Assembly: GCA_014799405.1 (NCBI GenBank)
Contig: JAAVIA010000052.1
Location: 8,131 to 72,130 of the forward strand
From: Lachnospiraceae bacterium
GTDB taxonomy: Bacteria; Bacillota; Clostridia; Lachnospirales; Lachnospiraceae
Length of the DNA stretch: 64,000 bases
Direction: 5' to 3'
Of the stretch, positions 37,432 to 47,769 are shown one piece after another; positions within the stretch are counted from its first letter, which is position 1, and each line of letters starts with the position of its first letter. Under the pieces are notes generated by a model that had not been told where the DNA came from, searched no databases, and saw only the letters and a list, made by a program, of their open reading frames with translations. A program made the position numbers and the translations under genes.

Positions 37432-37448
37432 TGTAATTGAAATGTAAC
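37432..37448 (+). promoter_or_regulatory. WalR-box-like direct repeat
   Basis: TGTAAT-TGAAA-TGTAAC matches TGTWAH-N5-TGTWAH. Confidence 0.5.
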
Positions 37449-37483
37449 AAATTCGAAAAAGAATATTCACACAGAGGTGAAGA

Positions 37484-38296
37484 ATGAGAATTAGGAATTG
37501 TTCAAAAGCTTTTAAAGCGTTATACAGAAAAGTTAAAAGTGATAAGCGTGTAAATACCGTGAAAAAATACGCAGGAAAATATTATAAGCAAATAGGTTCT
37601 GTTGCGGTTATTGCGTCACTTGTTGCTATCTGTGCAGGAACAATGATAACGAATGCAAGCAACAAAAATGTTCCTGTGGGTGTTATGATGACTGTATCGG
37701 ATGTTGCAGCAGGGCGAAAGGCTTTCGCAGGAGAAACCTTTGTGGTTACCTCTGTTACTTATGATGAGATGCAAAATACAATATATGATGCAGATCAGCT
37801 TGCAAAGCTTGAAAAGTCTGAGAAACAGATAGAGCAAATTCTTGCATCAAGACAGCAGAGCAAAAAGGAACAGGTAGCCGTTGAACAGCTTACAGCACAG
37901 GCTGCTGAGCCCGTTACGGCAATTGTGACCGCATCTGTGCAGGAGACACAGCAGGCATCTGCAACAACATATGCAGATGAAAATGGTACTTATGAGCTTG
38001 TCGGTGAATTTACCCTTACCGCATATTGCCCTTGTACAATATGCTGCGGACAGTGGAGCAATCCGGCTAATCCTACAACAGCGAGCGGAACAACGGCGAC
38101 GGCAGGAAGAACGATAGCCGCTGACACGTCCAAATTTCCATTTGGAACGCAGCTTGTTATAAACGGACAAATATATACCGTTGAGGATGTGGGAGGAGCT
38201 ATAACGGGAAACAAAATAGATATATATTTTAACACACATCAGGAAGCAATAAACTTTGGACGTCAAAGTGCACAGGTATACAGAGTGGTACAATAA
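37484..38296 (+). CDS. 3D-domain cell-wall protein (lytic transglycosylase-like)
   Basis: N-terminal TM, linker, then FTLTAYCPC, IAAD, VEDVGGAI, IDIYF. Confidence 0.9.
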   Translation: MRIRNCSKAFKALYRKVKSDKRVNTVKKYAGKYYKQIGSVAVIASLVAICAGTMITNASNKNVPVGVMMTVSDVAAGRKAFAGETFVVTSVTYDEMQNTIYDADQLAKLEKSEKQIEQILASRQQSKKEQVAVEQLTAQAAEPVTAIVTASVQETQQASATTYADENGTYELVGEFTLTAYCPCTICCGQWSNPANPTTASGTTATAGRTIAADTSKFPFGTQLVINGQIYTVEDVGGAITGNKIDIYFNTHQEAINFGRQSAQVYRVVQ

Positions 38297-38321
38297 AGCG
38301 TGTTATAAATGACAATGATAC

Positions 38322-38382
38322 AACAGACAGTCAAATTGTATGTTCAAACGTTTTTTATGAATACATAGTTTGACTGTCTGTT
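38322..38382 (+). terminator. Long hairpin terminator after the 3D gene
   Basis: AACAGACAGTCAAA..TATGTTCA / TGAATACATA..TTTGACTGTCTGTT followed by T-rich sequence. Confidence 0.7.
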
Positions 38383-38504
38383 TTGTTATTTCTTTTTATT
38401 TACACAGCTTGTTTTTGTGTAACTTGTGTGTTAATATGTCGTTGAACAAAATGTCAAATAAAATACCATAAAAGAAACAATTTTTTTATAAGGAGTTTGA
38501 GAAC

Positions 38505-39992
38505 ATGGAACTTATATACAAAAGTACAAGAAACCCTGAGGAACAGGTAACTGCCTCCGTGGCAATTTTAAAAGGACTTGCAAATGATGGCGGGCTTTTT
38601 GTGCCTGACAGCATCCCGGCCCTTGACAAAAGTCTTGACGAGCTTGCAAAAATGGATTACAGGCAGGTCGCATTAAATGTAATGAAGCTTATGCTTACCG
38701 ATTTTACGGAGGAGGAGCTTAACTATTGCATAAACAGCGCATATGACGATAAATTTGACACAAAGGAAATTGCACCGTTAAACAAAAAATCCACGGGATG
38801 TTTTCTTGAGCTGTTTCATGGCTCTACAATTGCCTTTAAGGATATGGCACTTTCAATTTTGCCGTATCTGCTTACAACCTCTGCAAGGAAGAACAATGTA
38901 AAAAATGACATAGTTATACTTACAGCTACCTCGGGAGACACGGGAAAGGCTGCACTTGCGGGCTTTGCTGACGTACCGGGGACAAAGATTATTGTTTTTT
39001 ATCCTAAAAACGGGGTAAGTCCGATACAGGAAAAGCAGATGGTTACACAGAAGGGCGACAATACGCTTGTCGTTGGCATTACGGGTAATTTCGACGATGC
39101 GCAGACGGGCGTAAAAAAGATGTTTTCAGATGAGGAATTTTGCAGTCTGCTTGATTCAAAGGGATATCAGTTTTCATCAGCAAACTCCATAAATATAGGA
39201 CGTCTTGTTCCACAGATGGTTTATTATGTATATGCTTATACAAGACTGATTGCAGACGGCGAAATAAAATCAGGTGAAAAGATAAATGTTGTTGTTCCTA
39301 CAGGCAATTTTGGAAACATACTTGCAGCTTATTATGCAAAGGAAATGGGAATACCGATAAATAAATTTATATGTGCTTCAAATGAAAATAAGGTGCTTTA
39401 TGATTTCTTTGATACAGGCTGCTATAACAGAAACCGTGAGTTTATTCTCACCTCATCACCATCTATGGATATACTTATATCAAGTAATCTTGAGAGGCTT
39501 ATATACAGGATAGCTGGAAATGATGCGGCTAAAAATCGTGAGCTTATGGAGGCATTAACCGGAAAGGGAGAGTATGTAATTACGGACTCCATGAAGGAGG
39601 GGCTTAAGGATTTCTACGGAAATTATGCAACCGAGGAGGAGACCGCCGCTACAATTAAGAAAATATACGATACTGACAAATATATTATAGATACTCATAC
39701 CGCTGTTGCCGCAGCAGTATATGGTAAGTATAAAGACGAAACAGGCGACAATACACTTGCGGTAATTGCTTCAACGGCAAGTCCATACAAGTTCACAAGA
39801 AGCGTTATGAATGCCATTGATACGGAGTATGATAAGAAGTCTGATTTTGAGCTTGTTGATGAGCTTTGCAGACTTTCAGGTGTTAAGGTTCCGAATGCAA
39901 TTGAGGAAATAAGAACGGCGCCTGTAAGACATGATACGATTTGTGATAAGGAAGCTATGCCTGATGAGGTAAAAAAATTCCTCGGAATATAG
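38505..39992 (+). CDS. thrC: Threonine synthase
   Basis: ELFHGSTIAFKDMAL (PLP Lys), ATSGDTG, SANSINIGRL, VPTGNFGN. Confidence 0.97.
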   Translation: MELIYKSTRNPEEQVTASVAILKGLANDGGLFVPDSIPALDKSLDELAKMDYRQVALNVMKLMLTDFTEEELNYCINSAYDDKFDTKEIAPLNKKSTGCFLELFHGSTIAFKDMALSILPYLLTTSARKNNVKNDIVILTATSGDTGKAALAGFADVPGTKIIVFYPKNGVSPIQEKQMVTQKGDNTLVVGITGNFDDAQTGVKKMFSDEEFCSLLDSKGYQFSSANSINIGRLVPQMVYYVYAYTRLIADGEIKSGEKINVVVPTGNFGNILAAYYAKEMGIPINKFICASNENKVLYDFFDTGCYNRNREFILTSSPSMDILISSNLERLIYRIAGNDAAKNRELMEALTGKGEYVITDSMKEGLKDFYGNYATEEETAATIKKIYDTDKYIIDTHTAVAAAVYGKYKDETGDNTLAVIASTASPYKFTRSVMNAIDTEYDKKSDFELVDELCRLSGVKVPNAIEEIRTAPVRHDTICDKEAMPDEVKKFLGI

Positions 39993-40003
39993 CGATAAAT
40001 ATC

Positions 40004-40044
40004 AGACAGTTCGATTGCACCATCCTGTCTATAAAAAAAACTAG
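40004..40044 (+). ncRNA. preQ1-I riboswitch
   Basis: P1 AGACAG/CTGTCT, loop TTCGATTGCACCATC, tail ATAAAAAAAACTAG, upstream of the que genes. Confidence 0.9.
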
Positions 40045-40073
40045 GGCAGACCTTAATCCAATGTAAAACTAGG

Positions 40074-40120
40074 GCTGTCATAAGATTGTATTTTTTTACT
40101 ATTTACTTATGGCAGCTTTA
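40074..40120 (+). terminator. Probable expression-platform terminator downstream of the preQ1 aptamer
   Basis: GCTGTCATAAG/CTTATGGCAGC stem followed by TTT. Confidence 0.5.
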
Positions 40121-40145
40121 AATTTATCTTTATGGGAGGCGAAAA

Positions 40146-40565
40146 ATGTATACGTTAAAAACAGATTCTGACTTTGACAGCGCACATTTTCTAAAGGGCT
40201 ATGACGGAAAATGCTCAAACATTCATGGACACAGATGGACCGTGGAAATTGAGGTTTACAGTGAAGGTCTTGAAGAAAACGGAAGTCTGAGAGGAATGAT
40301 AGTTGACTTTGCCAAGCTTAAAGAAGATTTGAAAAAAATAACAGACGAGTTAGACCATTCTCTCATAATTGAAAGAGGAAGTCTGAAGGAAAAAACTCTT
40401 GAAGCTCTTTTCGATGAAGAATTTAGGATAATTCAGCTTAATTTCAGACCTACGGCGGAAAATTTTGCAAAATATTTTTATGACAGTATGAAAACTCAGG
40501 GGTACAGCGTTAAAAAGGCGACGGTATATGAAACGCCGAAAAACTGTGCTACCTTTCAGGAATGA
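40146..40565 (+). CDS. queD: 6-carboxy-5,6,7,8-tetrahydropterin synthase
   Basis: FDSAH, CSNIHGHRW, LDH, PTAEN, ETP. Confidence 0.95.
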   Translation: MYTLKTDSDFDSAHFLKGYDGKCSNIHGHRWTVEIEVYSEGLEENGSLRGMIVDFAKLKEDLKKITDELDHSLIIERGSLKEKTLEALFDEEFRIIQLNFRPTAENFAKYFYDSMKTQGYSVKKATVYETPKNCATFQE

Positions 40566-40600
40566 ATGCTGCAAAATATGTAACAGAGGTAATATGAAAA

Positions 40601-41269
40601 ATGGATACATTTAATGTGGTTGAAAAATTTGTAAGCATAAACGGAGAGGCGGCCCATGCAGGTGAGCTTGCCTGCTTTATAAGGTTTGCAGGCTGCAATC
40701 TTAATTGCAGCTATTGCGATACAGCATGGGCAAATAAAAAGGATACTTCATTTGAAGCCTTAAGCAGTGAGGAAATATATGATTACATATTAAGGTCTCA
40801 GGTTTTTAACGTGACCCTGACAGGCGGGGAGCCGTTACTTCAGCCTTATTTTGATAAGCTGCTATATAGGCTGTCAAAAAATGATAACCTTAGAATAGAG
40901 GTAGAGACAAACGGTTCAATCGATGTATCAAAATATTTTGACATAGGCAATAATATAGAATTTACCATTGATTATAAACTGCCTAAAAGCGGCATGTCAG
41001 ATAAGATGTGTCTTGATAATTTTGAAAATGCAAGACCCGTGGATGCGGTTAAATTTGTAGTTTCTGATTATAATGATTTAGTGGAAGCAAAAAAAGTTAT
41101 AGATTATTATGGATTGGCTGATAAAACAAGGGTGTATTTAAGCTCTGCATTTAATATTATTACGCCAAAGGATATAGTTACATTTATGATTGAAAATAAT
41201 ATGAACAAAGTTCGTATACAGCTTCAAATGCATAAATATATTTGGGAGCCTGACAGGAAGGGAGTATAA
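40601..41269 (+). CDS. queE: 7-carboxy-7-deazaguanine synthase (radical SAM)
   Basis: [34 protein letters not shown]. Confidence 0.95.
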   Translation: MDTFNVVEKFVSINGEAAHAGELACFIRFAGCNLNCSYCDTAWANKKDTSFEALSSEEIYDYILRSQVFNVTLTGGEPLLQPYFDKLLYRLSKNDNLRIEVETNGSIDVSKYFDIGNNIEFTIDYKLPKSGMSDKMCLDNFENARPVDAVKFVVSDYNDLVEAKKVIDYYGLADKTRVYLSSAFNIITPKDIVTFMIENNMNKVRIQLQMHKYIWEPDRKGV

Positions 41270-41270
41270 A

Positions 41271-41849
41271 ATGGCAATAGATAAGGAAAAAATAAAGGAG
41301 CATATAAAGGGAATACTTGTTGCACTTGGTGATGACCCTGAAAGAGAGGGATTAAGAGATACGCCTGACAGGGTTGCGCGTATGTATGAGGAAGTATTTG
41401 AGGGGATGAATTACACAAATGACCAGATTGCCGAAATGTTTTCAAAATCCTTTGAACAGCCGGAGGGGCTGTCACAGGACATGGTTCTTGTCAGGGATAT
41501 TGATATATTTTCCTATTGTGAGCACCATTTGGCACTTATGTATGACATGAAGGTGTCGGTTGCATACATTCCAAGAGGAAGGGTATTAGGGCTCAGTAAA
41601 ATTGCCCGTATAGCCGATATGGCGGCAAAACGTCTGCAGCTTCAGGAGCGTATAGGCTCGGATATAGCATATATTATGGAAAAGGTAACGGGGTCTCCTG
41701 ATATAGCCGTTATTATCGAGGGTAGCCATAGCTGTATGACTGCAAGAGGAATAAAAAATGCACATGCAAAAACCATGACAACTACAATGAGGGGAAACTT
41801 TGAAACCGACAAGGATTTACAGGAAAGACTTATGCTGCTTTTAAAATAG
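41271..41849 (+). CDS. folE: GTP cyclohydrolase I
   Basis: [32 protein letters not shown]. Confidence 0.97.
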   Translation: MAIDKEKIKEHIKGILVALGDDPEREGLRDTPDRVARMYEEVFEGMNYTNDQIAEMFSKSFEQPEGLSQDMVLVRDIDIFSYCEHHLALMYDMKVSVAYIPRGRVLGLSKIARIADMAAKRLQLQERIGSDIAYIMEKVTGSPDIAVIIEGSHSCMTARGIKNAHAKTMTTTMRGNFETDKDLQERLMLLLK

Positions 41850-41922
41850 AAAGTCATAAAGATAAAAGCAGTATCATTTATTAAAATGGTTATAAAAAAT
41901 ATGAAGAAAAAACGAAAGGTAC

Positions 41923-42588
41923 ATGGGAAAAATGAAAAATAAAAAGGAAGCAGTTGTTGTTTTCAGCGGAGGACAGGACAGCACCACCTGCTTATTATGG
42001 GCAATAAAAAAATATGACAGCGTATATGCAGTGTCCTTTGATTATAACCAAAGACATAGAATGGAGCTTAAGTGTGCAAAGGAAATATGCGATAAATATA
42101 ACATCAGCCATACCATACTTGACATGTCGCTCTTAAATCAGCTTGCGCCAAATTCACTTACAAGGTCTGAAATAAAGGTTGACAGCGATGCACCTGAAAA
42201 TGGAACACCCAACTCCTTTGTTGATGGAAGAAATATGTTATTTCTTACATTTGCAGCTGTATTTGCAAAGCAAAAAGGCATTACGGACATCATTACGGGT
42301 GTCTCTCAAAGTGATTTTTCGGGATATCCCGATTGCAGGGATATTTTTATAAAATCACTGAATACTACATTAAATCTTGCCATGGATTATGAATTTGACA
42401 TAATCACGCCGCTTATGTGGATTGATAAAAAAGAAACATGGGAACTGGCAGATAAGCTTGGAGGTTTTGAGACGGTTAAAAATATGACTCTTACATGTTA
42501 TAATGGCATAATGGGTGACGGATGTGGGGCTTGTCCTGCGTGTAAGCTCAGAAAGAAAGGCCTGGACGCATACTTAAAGACAAAATAG
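41923..42588 (+). CDS. queC: 7-cyano-7-deazaguanine synthase
   Basis: FSGGQDS, YPDCR, TLTCY..CGACPAC. Confidence 0.97.
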   Translation: MGKMKNKKEAVVVFSGGQDSTTCLLWAIKKYDSVYAVSFDYNQRHRMELKCAKEICDKYNISHTILDMSLLNQLAPNSLTRSEIKVDSDAPENGTPNSFVDGRNMLFLTFAAVFAKQKGITDIITGVSQSDFSGYPDCRDIFIKSLNTTLNLAMDYEFDIITPLMWIDKKETWELADKLGGFETVKNMTLTCYNGIMGDGCGACPACKLRKKGLDAYLKTK

Positions 42589-42599
42589 GAGGTGGTTGT

Positions 42600-43604
42600 A
42601 TGAAGAAATTACTTTTTATTATAAATCCAAAAGCGGGAAGAACAGCAATAAAGGGTGACTTATTTGAAATAATAATGACATTTTCACGTCATGATTATGA
42701 TGTCTCCATTTATCCTACAAAGGGACCGAATGATTCCGCAAGAAAGGTTCGTGAGGACGGAGCAAAATATGACATGATTGTATGTGCCGGTGGTGATGGA
42801 ACATTAAGAGATACCGTATGTGGTTATATGGATATGGGAGAAAAAAAGGTTTCCTTAGGATATATACCGGTAGGTACTACAAATGATTTTGCAAGAAGTC
42901 TTGGTATATCAAGAAAAACTATTGAGGCTGCAAATCAGATAGTAAACGGCACGGAACAGTTTGTGGACGTGGGGAGATTTGAGGATAAGCATTTTATTTA
43001 CATTGCTGCGTTTGGAATTTTTACGGACATATCCTACAGCACGAAGCAATCATTAAAAAGGGTTCTCGGGCACAGTGCCTATGTTGTTGAGGCACTTAAA
43101 AACATAGCAAACTTCAAGTCATATAAGCTTGAAGCACAGTTTGATGATGCGTTGATTACGGGAGAATATATATATGGAATGATAACAAATTCCTTTTCTG
43201 TTGCAGGCTATAAAATAAGAGGCACAAAGCATGTTGTTTTGGACGATGGCAAGTTTGACTGCTTTTTTATAAAAAAACCTCAAAATCCTGCGGAGCTTCA
43301 GCAGATTCTGTCAGCAGTTCTGACAAATGATGATGTTGAGGGCAATGAAATGTTTTTTCAAATAAAAGCGGCAAAAATCCATATAATAAGTGAGACTCCT
43401 ATTGAGTGGACTCTTGATGGCGAATTTGGCGGAGAATCCAATGAAGTTACAATAATAAATGAAAAACAGGCTGTGGGCATTTACCATGATGCAAGCTATG
43501 CAAAGGGAATAACGGAAAGTGACAGCAGTGATGAAAGTGCTGCTACTGATTTGGAGGAATTTGATGACATGTATGATGAGGACTACTATGATGGCTGGGA
43601 GTAG
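42600..43604 (+). CDS. Diacylglycerol/lipid kinase family protein (YegS/DagK)
   Basis: INPKAG, AGGDGT, PVGTTNDFAR, LDGE. Acidic C-terminal tail. Confidence 0.9.
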   Translation: MKKLLFIINPKAGRTAIKGDLFEIIMTFSRHDYDVSIYPTKGPNDSARKVREDGAKYDMIVCAGGDGTLRDTVCGYMDMGEKKVSLGYIPVGTTNDFARSLGISRKTIEAANQIVNGTEQFVDVGRFEDKHFIYIAAFGIFTDISYSTKQSLKRVLGHSAYVVEALKNIANFKSYKLEAQFDDALITGEYIYGMITNSFSVAGYKIRGTKHVVLDDGKFDCFFIKKPQNPAELQQILSAVLTNDDVEGNEMFFQIKAAKIHIISETPIEWTLDGEFGGESNEVTIINEKQAVGIYHDASYAKGITESDSSDESAATDLEEFDDMYDEDYYDGWE

Positions 43605-43714
43605 GCGGCTGTTTGCTTATGTATCTTAAATTGGGGCATTTCCTTTTCCTTTACATTTTTTGAAAATTAGAATATAATGTAAGGTAATATGTGTATAGAA
43701 AGGAATATATTACC

Positions 43715-45073
43715 ATGGGTAAATATTTTGGTACAGACGGCTTTAGAGGAGAGGCTAATGTTTTTTTAACTGTAGAGCATGCATATAAAGTGGGAAGATA
43801 TGTAGGTTATTATTTTGGAAAAAAGAAAACAGACGGTGAAAGGGCACGCATCGTAATAGGAAAGGATACAAGGCGTTCAAGCTATATGTTTGAGTATTCC
43901 CTTGTGGCTGGTATCACGGCAAGCGGTGCTGACGTATACCTTATGCATGTGACGCCGACTCCAAGTGTGTCATATATAACAAGAGTCGATGAGTTTGATT
44001 GTGGCATAATGATATCTGCAAGCCACAATCCCTTTTATGATAATGGTATAAAGCTTATTAACAGCCGGGGCTCAAAGATGGAGGCTGAGGTTGAGGAGGA
44101 AATTGAGCGATACATTGACGGCGAAATACCAGAGATACCATTGGCTGTAAAGGAGAATATCGGAAGAACTACGGACTATTCAATGGGAAGAAATAGATAT
44201 ATCGGATATCTTATGACGCTCCCTACCCGTTCCTTTAAGAATTTAAGAATTGGTCTTGACTGTGCAAATGGTGCTGCCTCCACTGTTGCAAAGGCAGTTT
44301 TTGATGCACTTGGCGCAAAGACATACGTTATAAACAATGACCCTGATGGTACTAATATCAATACAAACTGTGGTTCCACCCATATAGAGGGGCTTCAGAA
44401 ATTTGTAATTGAAAATAATTTGGATGCGGGATTTGCATATGATGGTGATGCTGACCGTTGTCTTGCCGTTGATGAAAAGGGTAATCTTGTTGACGGAGAT
44501 AAAATACTGTATATTTGCGGAAAATATATGAGGGATAATGGAAAGCTTACAGGAAATACAATCGTGACGACAATTATGTCAAATCTTGGCTTGTATAAGG
44601 CGCTTGACGCAGAGGGCATAGACTATGCTAAGACAACTGTGGGAGACAAATATGTCTATGAGTGTATGATGGAAAACGGATATGTTCTTGGCGGTGAGCA
44701 GAGCGGACATATTATCTTTTCAAAATATGCAAGGACCGGTGATGGTGTTCTCACATCTCTGAAGCTTATGGAGACGGTAATAGAAAGTAAGACAACAATG
44801 TCCGAACTTACAAGAGATATAAAAATATACCCTCAGCTCCTTGAAAATGTTAAGGTTGTTGATAAAAAGCCTGTTATGGAGGATGCTGATGTCCTTGCTG
44901 CTGTAGATGCAGTGGCAGAAAAATTAGGAGATAATGGACGCGTACTGCTTCGTGAAAGTGGAACGGAACCTGTTGTCAGGGTTATGGTTGAAGCAGAAAC
45001 TGATGAAATATGTAACGATTGTGTAGCCTCGGTAGTACAAATAATAAGGTCTAAGGGCTATGAGGTACAGTAA
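43715..45073 (+). CDS. glmM: Phosphoglucosamine mutase
   Basis: YFGTDG, ISASHNP, DGDADR, GGEQSGH, RESGTEP. Confidence 0.97.
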   Translation: MGKYFGTDGFRGEANVFLTVEHAYKVGRYVGYYFGKKKTDGERARIVIGKDTRRSSYMFEYSLVAGITASGADVYLMHVTPTPSVSYITRVDEFDCGIMISASHNPFYDNGIKLINSRGSKMEAEVEEEIERYIDGEIPEIPLAVKENIGRTTDYSMGRNRYIGYLMTLPTRSFKNLRIGLDCANGAASTVAKAVFDALGAKTYVINNDPDGTNINTNCGSTHIEGLQKFVIENNLDAGFAYDGDADRCLAVDEKGNLVDGDKILYICGKYMRDNGKLTGNTIVTTIMSNLGLYKALDAEGIDYAKTTVGDKYVYECMMENGYVLGGEQSGHIIFSKYARTGDGVLTSLKLMETVIESKTTMSELTRDIKIYPQLLENVKVVDKKPVMEDADVLAAVDAVAEKLGDNGRVLLRESGTEPVVRVMVEAETDEICNDCVASVVQIIRSKGYEVQ

Positions 45074-45088
45074 TCTAAAGGTGTTAAG

Positions 45089-46477
45089 ATGAAAAGAAAA
45101 CTTAGAAAGCTTGAAACATCAATAATATTTATATTGAAGATGTCTCTTTATGCCATATTGTTTTTTATATTTTACATTATGTATGCACAAAAAAACAGGC
45201 AGCTTTATAATGTATCCAGAACATCAGTCATTGTAACTGTTTCATGCCTTATCATGGGGTATATGTTTTCTAATATATACGGAAGATATGACATAGGAAA
45301 GAGAAAAAGCAAACCTATCGTAAATTCTATTTTTCTTACTATATTATTTACAAATATAATAGGCATGCTTGCACTTTCCGTCATGAACACAAATACACAA
45401 AATAATCATGTTTTCCAATTGGAACAGCCGTTTTTAATCATTCCCATAACTGCAATTCAGTATATTGTCATACTTATATATGTATATGGCGGCAATGCGC
45501 TATACTTCAAGTTGTATGATCCTGAAAAATGTATTATCATAACCTCGTCCCAAAGAAGCCTGAACGAGGTTATTCGTGGAATAAAAAAGTACAAGCTGCA
45601 ATACAGCATAAAGAGGGCTGTGGATTACCGCAATGAAAATTTAAAACAATATATTAAAGAAAATGATACGGTTTTTATATATGATGTTCCGGTGCAGGAA
45701 CGCACGGATATAATAGAATACTGTTATCAGAATATGAAAAATGTTTACTTTAATCCAAGCATGCATGACGTTGTGGAAAGAAATACAAAGCATATTATTT
45801 TGGATGATGTTTCACTGTTTGGAAACTTTTCCAAGGGACTTACACTGGAGCAGAGAATATTAAAGAGAGCATTTGATATTGTAATATCGATTGTTGCGAT
45901 TGTTATTACATCGCCGATTCTTTTGGTGGCAGCCATATGTATAAAGGCTGAGGACGGTGGAAAGGTTATTTTCAAGCAAAACAGGGCTACAAGATACGGA
46001 AGAATATTCTCCGTATACAAGCTTAGAACCATGAAGGAGGACGTGGAGAACTATTCGGTTGTTGAGGATGATGCAAGGGTAACGAAGGTAGGTAAAATTT
46101 TAAGAAAATACAGAATAGATGAGATACCACAGTTTTGTAATGTTTTAAAGGGAGAAATGAGTGTTGTCGGACCAAGACCGGAAATGCTTGCAAATATATT
46201 CAGCTACACATCGGAATTTCCTGAGTTTGAGTACCGCTTACGTGTAAAGGCAGGCATAACGGGACATGCGCAAATAGCGGGGAAATATAATACATCGCCA
46301 AGGGACAAGCTTATTCTTGACCTTATATATATTGAGGAATACAGCTTTTGGCTTGACATAAAGCTCATATTTCAGACAATTACCGTACTGCTTAAAAAGG
46401 ATAGTACGGAGGCATTCAAAAAAGAGGATGAAATGAAATTTGAGGAGTATGGCACTGAGGACGGTCAGGAACAATAA
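45089..46477 (+). CDS. Polyprenyl glycosylphosphotransferase (sugar transferase)
   Basis: N-terminal TMs, KRAFD, KLRTM, DEIPQ, MSVVGPRPE, GITGHAQ. Confidence 0.93.
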   Translation: MKRKLRKLETSIIFILKMSLYAILFFIFYIMYAQKNRQLYNVSRTSVIVTVSCLIMGYMFSNIYGRYDIGKRKSKPIVNSIFLTILFTNIIGMLALSVMNTNTQNNHVFQLEQPFLIIPITAIQYIVILIYVYGGNALYFKLYDPEKCIIITSSQRSLNEVIRGIKKYKLQYSIKRAVDYRNENLKQYIKENDTVFIYDVPVQERTDIIEYCYQNMKNVYFNPSMHDVVERNTKHIILDDVSLFGNFSKGLTLEQRILKRAFDIVISIVAIVITSPILLVAAICIKAEDGGKVIFKQNRATRYGRIFSVYKLRTMKEDVENYSVVEDDARVTKVGKILRKYRIDEIPQFCNVLKGEMSVVGPRPEMLANIFSYTSEFPEFEYRLRVKAGITGHAQIAGKYNTSPRDKLILDLIYIEEYSFWLDIKLIFQTITVLLKKDSTEAFKKEDEMKFEEYGTEDGQEQ

Positions 46478-46512
46478 ATATGACTATATTTTAGATTATT
46501 TAGGAGAAATGT

Positions 46513-47355
46513 ATGAAAAAGATATTGGTAACAGGCTGCAACGGTCAGCTTGGCAGGGCAATCAATGAGGTATACAAGAATGAACAGGCAGAGCTCATAA
46601 ACACGGACGTGGAGGATTTGGATATAACGAGCATTACTGATGTTATTGGTTTCATTTCTGAAAGGAAGCCGGATGTTATTATAAACTGTGCCGCACACAC
46701 AAATGTAAACGCATGTGAAACACAGTGGGACTTGGCATATAAGATAAATGCCATCGGTCCGAGAAACTTAAGTATTGCAGCAGCAAAGACGGGGGCAAAG
46801 CTGATACATGTTTCTACAGATTACGTGTTTGACGGAACAGCCGTGGAGCCGTATAACGAATTTTCAAGGGTTGCGCCGCTTGGAGCATATGGTAAGACTA
46901 AGCTTGCAGGCGAAGAATTTGTAAAACAGTTTGCAGACAAATTTTTTATTGTGAGAACTGCATGGCTTTACGGCGATGGGAAAAATTTTGTTAAAACAAT
47001 GCTTACCCTTGCTGAAACCCAAGATGAGGTAAGTGTGGTAGGAGATCAGATTGGTTCTCCTACAAGTGCAATGGAGCTTGCAAGGATGATAAAGTTTATT
47101 GAGCCTACGGAAAATTATGGAGTATTTCATGGAACATGTGAGGGCTTTTGCTCATGGGCGGATTTTACTGAGGAGATATTCAGGCTTGCAGGACTTTCCA
47201 CAAGGGTTAAGCATATTACAACAGAAGAATATCCAACTCCGGCAAAGCGTCCCGCATACTCCGTTTTGGATAATTATATGCTAAGGCTCACAACGGATTA
47301 TAAGTTTGCTGAGTGGAAGGATGCACTTAAGGAATATATGGACAACAGAAAATAA
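46513..47355 (+). CDS. rfbD: dTDP-4-dehydrorhamnose reductase
   Basis: GCNGQLG, NCAAHT, STDYVFDG, YGKTK. Confidence 0.96.
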   Translation: MKKILVTGCNGQLGRAINEVYKNEQAELINTDVEDLDITSITDVIGFISERKPDVIINCAAHTNVNACETQWDLAYKINAIGPRNLSIAAAKTGAKLIHVSTDYVFDGTAVEPYNEFSRVAPLGAYGKTKLAGEEFVKQFADKFFIVRTAWLYGDGKNFVKTMLTLAETQDEVSVVGDQIGSPTSAMELARMIKFIEPTENYGVFHGTCEGFCSWADFTEEIFRLAGLSTRVKHITTEEYPTPAKRPAYSVLDNYMLRLTTDYKFAEWKDALKEYMDNRK

Positions 47356-47359
47356 GAAT

Positions 47360-47401
47360 AAAAAGAGGGATGTCGCACGAAAGAACGACAGCCCTCTTTT
47401 T
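47360..47401. terminator. Bidirectional terminator between rfbD and the PilZ gene
   Basis: AAAAAGAGGGATGTCG...CGACAGCCCTCTTTTT. Confidence 0.8.
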
Positions 47402-47406
47402 ATGTA

Positions 47407-47769
47407 TTATTGTTTTGCTGAATTCTTATATCGCTCAGCATACTCATCGAAAAGGTGATGATACATGGATGGAAGCCCCACAAATTCACATCCGTATCTA
47501 TATCCTGCTTCACCGATTGGTGTTTCATAGAGGATTTTGACAACTGACAAAATAATCTCGTCAGTGCCAACAAATTCAATTGTGGCATTAAAATAGTAAT
47601 CAACAGGAAGCTTGCTGGCAGACATAAAACCGATACCTGCCTTTGAAATATCAAAAACCTCAATCTCTGCATTTAAGGCATCTATGTTTATTCCATCCTG
47701 CTTAAAAAGGTTTGAAACCTCAAGCTTAAGTTTAATTGGTAATCGTTCGTATTTTCTTTTCTCTTGCAT
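47407..47769 (-). CDS. Stand-alone PilZ-domain protein
   Basis: KRKYER (RxxxR) and DISKAG (DxSxxG) c-di-GMP motifs. Start after GGAGG. Confidence 0.88.
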   Translation of the reverse strand: MQEKRKYERLPIKLKLEVSNLFKQDGINIDALNAEIEVFDISKAGIGFMSASKLPVDYYFNATIEFVGTDEIILSVVKILYETPIGEAGYRYGCEFVGLPSMYHHLFDEYAERYKNSAKQ

